Assembly (NCBI RefSeq): GCF_018977255.1
Contig: NW_024704743.1
Coordinates: forward strand, 89,034,001 to 89,098,000
Source of the DNA: Callorhinchus milii
Lineage: Eukaryota
Length of the DNA: 64,000 bases
Reading direction: 5' to 3'
Each line of letters starts with the position of its first letter. Position 1 is the stretch's first letter. Below the pieces are notes generated by a model that worked only from the letters and a program-made list of their open reading frames with translations, was not told where the DNA came from and made no database searches. Below are positions 62,385 through 64,000 of this stretch, one piece after another. The translations under genes were made by a program, and so were the position numbers.

Positions 62385-62790
62385 CTTCTTCTCAAGACCA
62401 TCCTCTTCGTCCGTGCTTTCAATCACCCTCCATCACCCCCTACCCTCCACCCTCCCCGATCCCGACTCGGATCTGAAATACTGATTGTCCAGCACCTTGG
62501 GACATCCTCCCGATGTGAAAGGTGCTATACAATGTAATTTTGTTGTTGTTGTTGTTGTTCATCATTAAACAAAAGTAATGTTTCTTTACAGCATGTCACT
62601 ATTTCAGAAGAGCAGGGAGTTCCTCCCAGTGTCTTGGCCAATAATCCTTCAAATTGATCATGGCTGTTTGGGGGACACTGTTGTGTGCAAATCAGCTGAC
62701 ATGTTTGCCTACAAAATACATACACAGTCCTGTCAGATGTTTTGACTGGGATAAGATGCTATATCAGATAAAAGTATTATTATTATTATA
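62385..62790 (+). mobile_element. L2 3' tail (62385-62559) followed by an old Deu-type SINE 3' part
   Basis: caccttgggacatcctcccgatgtgaaaggtgc plus (ttg)n; then cactatttcagaagagcagggagttcctcccagtgtcttggcca. Confidence 0.78.
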
Positions 62791-62974
62791 GGTTACTCTT
62801 GTGGAGTACCAATTGTTCCGTTCCTTCCCTCACCCCCCCAAAAAGCACACACAAGTAATGGCATCATCACCAACTCAACAATTAAACGTTTGAATTTCAC
62901 TGTAAATAAGTTAACATCACAGTTAATTCCAATTGTGTCCATAATTTTGCACACAATCATAAACTATCCATGCT

Positions 62975-64000
62975 TGTGGCTAGTGGTGAATGGTTGTTTT
63001 TCAGTCTGGAAGCAAGTATACAGTGGTATCCCCAGGGGTCGGTATTAGGTCCACTGCTCTTTTTGATATACATGAATGACTTGTACTTGGGTATAGAGAG
63101 CAAATTTTTTACAATTTGAGTTTGATGACACAAAGCTTGGGAATGTAGCAAATAGTGAAGAGGATGGTATACAGACTGCAGGAGGACATAGACAGACTGG
63201 TGAAATGAACAGACACATGACAGATGAAGTTTAATGCAGAGAAGTATAAGATGATGTATTTTGGGAGGAAGAATGAGGAGAGGCAATATACATGAAATGG
63301 TACAGTTTTAAAGGGGGTTCAGGAGCAGAATGACTTGGGGGTTCACATACACAGGTCTTTGAAGATGGCAGGACAGGTTGATAGAGCTGTTAAAAAAGCA
63401 TTTGGGATCCTTGACTTTATCAATAGAGGCATAGAGTGCAAAAGCAAGGAAGTTCTGCTAAAACTTTAGAAGTCACTAATTAGACCTCAGCTGGAGTATT
63501 GTGTCCAATGTTGGGCACCACACTTTAGGAAGGATATCAAGGCCTTGGAGAGGTTGCAGACGAGGTTTACCAGAATGGTACCAGGAATGAGGGAACTTAG
63601 TTATGTGGAGAGACTAGAGAAGCTGGGATTGTTCTCCTTAGAACAGGTTAAGGGCAGATTTAATAGACGTGTTCAAAATTATGAGAGATTTTGATAGATA
63701 GGGAGAAACTGTTTCCACTGGCAGGTGGGTCAATAACTAGGGGACATAGACTCAAGATAATTGAGAAAAGAATCAGAGGGGAGTTGAGGAGAGATTGTTT
63801 TACACAGAGTTGTGACAGTCTGGAATGTAGTGGAAACAGATTCAATAACAACTTTCAAAAGGGAATTGGATAGGTAATTGAAAAGGAAATTGATTTGCAG
63901 GGATATGGGGAAAGAATAGGCACGTGGGACTGATTGGGTAGCTCTTCCAAAGAGGCACAATGGCCTGAATGGCCTTCTTCTGTGCTGTAATATTCCATGA
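62975..64000 (+). mobile_element. CR1 LINE 3' ~1 kb
   Basis: [40 protein letters not shown]; 3' end ggcctgaatggccttcttctgtgctgtaatattccatga. Confidence 0.92.

Overview
This is vertebrate DNA rather than prokaryotic. The repeat make-up (CR1 and L2 LINEs, tRNA/Deu-type SINEs, shark-type Penelope termini) suggests a cartilaginous fish, possibly a chimaera; this is an inference. The only host gene I can support is the first coding exon of RIPK2 on the minus strand (10198-10008, phase-2 GT donor). Bases 1-10007 are therefore probably intron 1, and the other ~54 kb look like repeat-rich upstream intergenic DNA. Almost all other ORFs in the track are LINE/SINE fragments or minisatellite read-through. 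The most notable items are: (i) three short Penelope-like elements carrying minimal hammerhead-ribozyme motifs, one of them a palindromic insertion with a 14-bp TSD; (ii) a 1-kb G/C-skewed minisatellite between the RIPK2 ATG/GC boxes and an NF-kB/IRF motif pair; (iii) a young, internally deleted LTR retroelement with unexplained antisense open frames, plus a separate solo LTR; (iv) a tRNA-Ala SINE family with a CORE-like block, a Deu-like block and an L2-type stem-loop tail showing compensatory changes; (v) nested insertions with readable TSDs. Family names come from recognising motifs by eye, not from database searches, and boundaries of old repeats are approximate.
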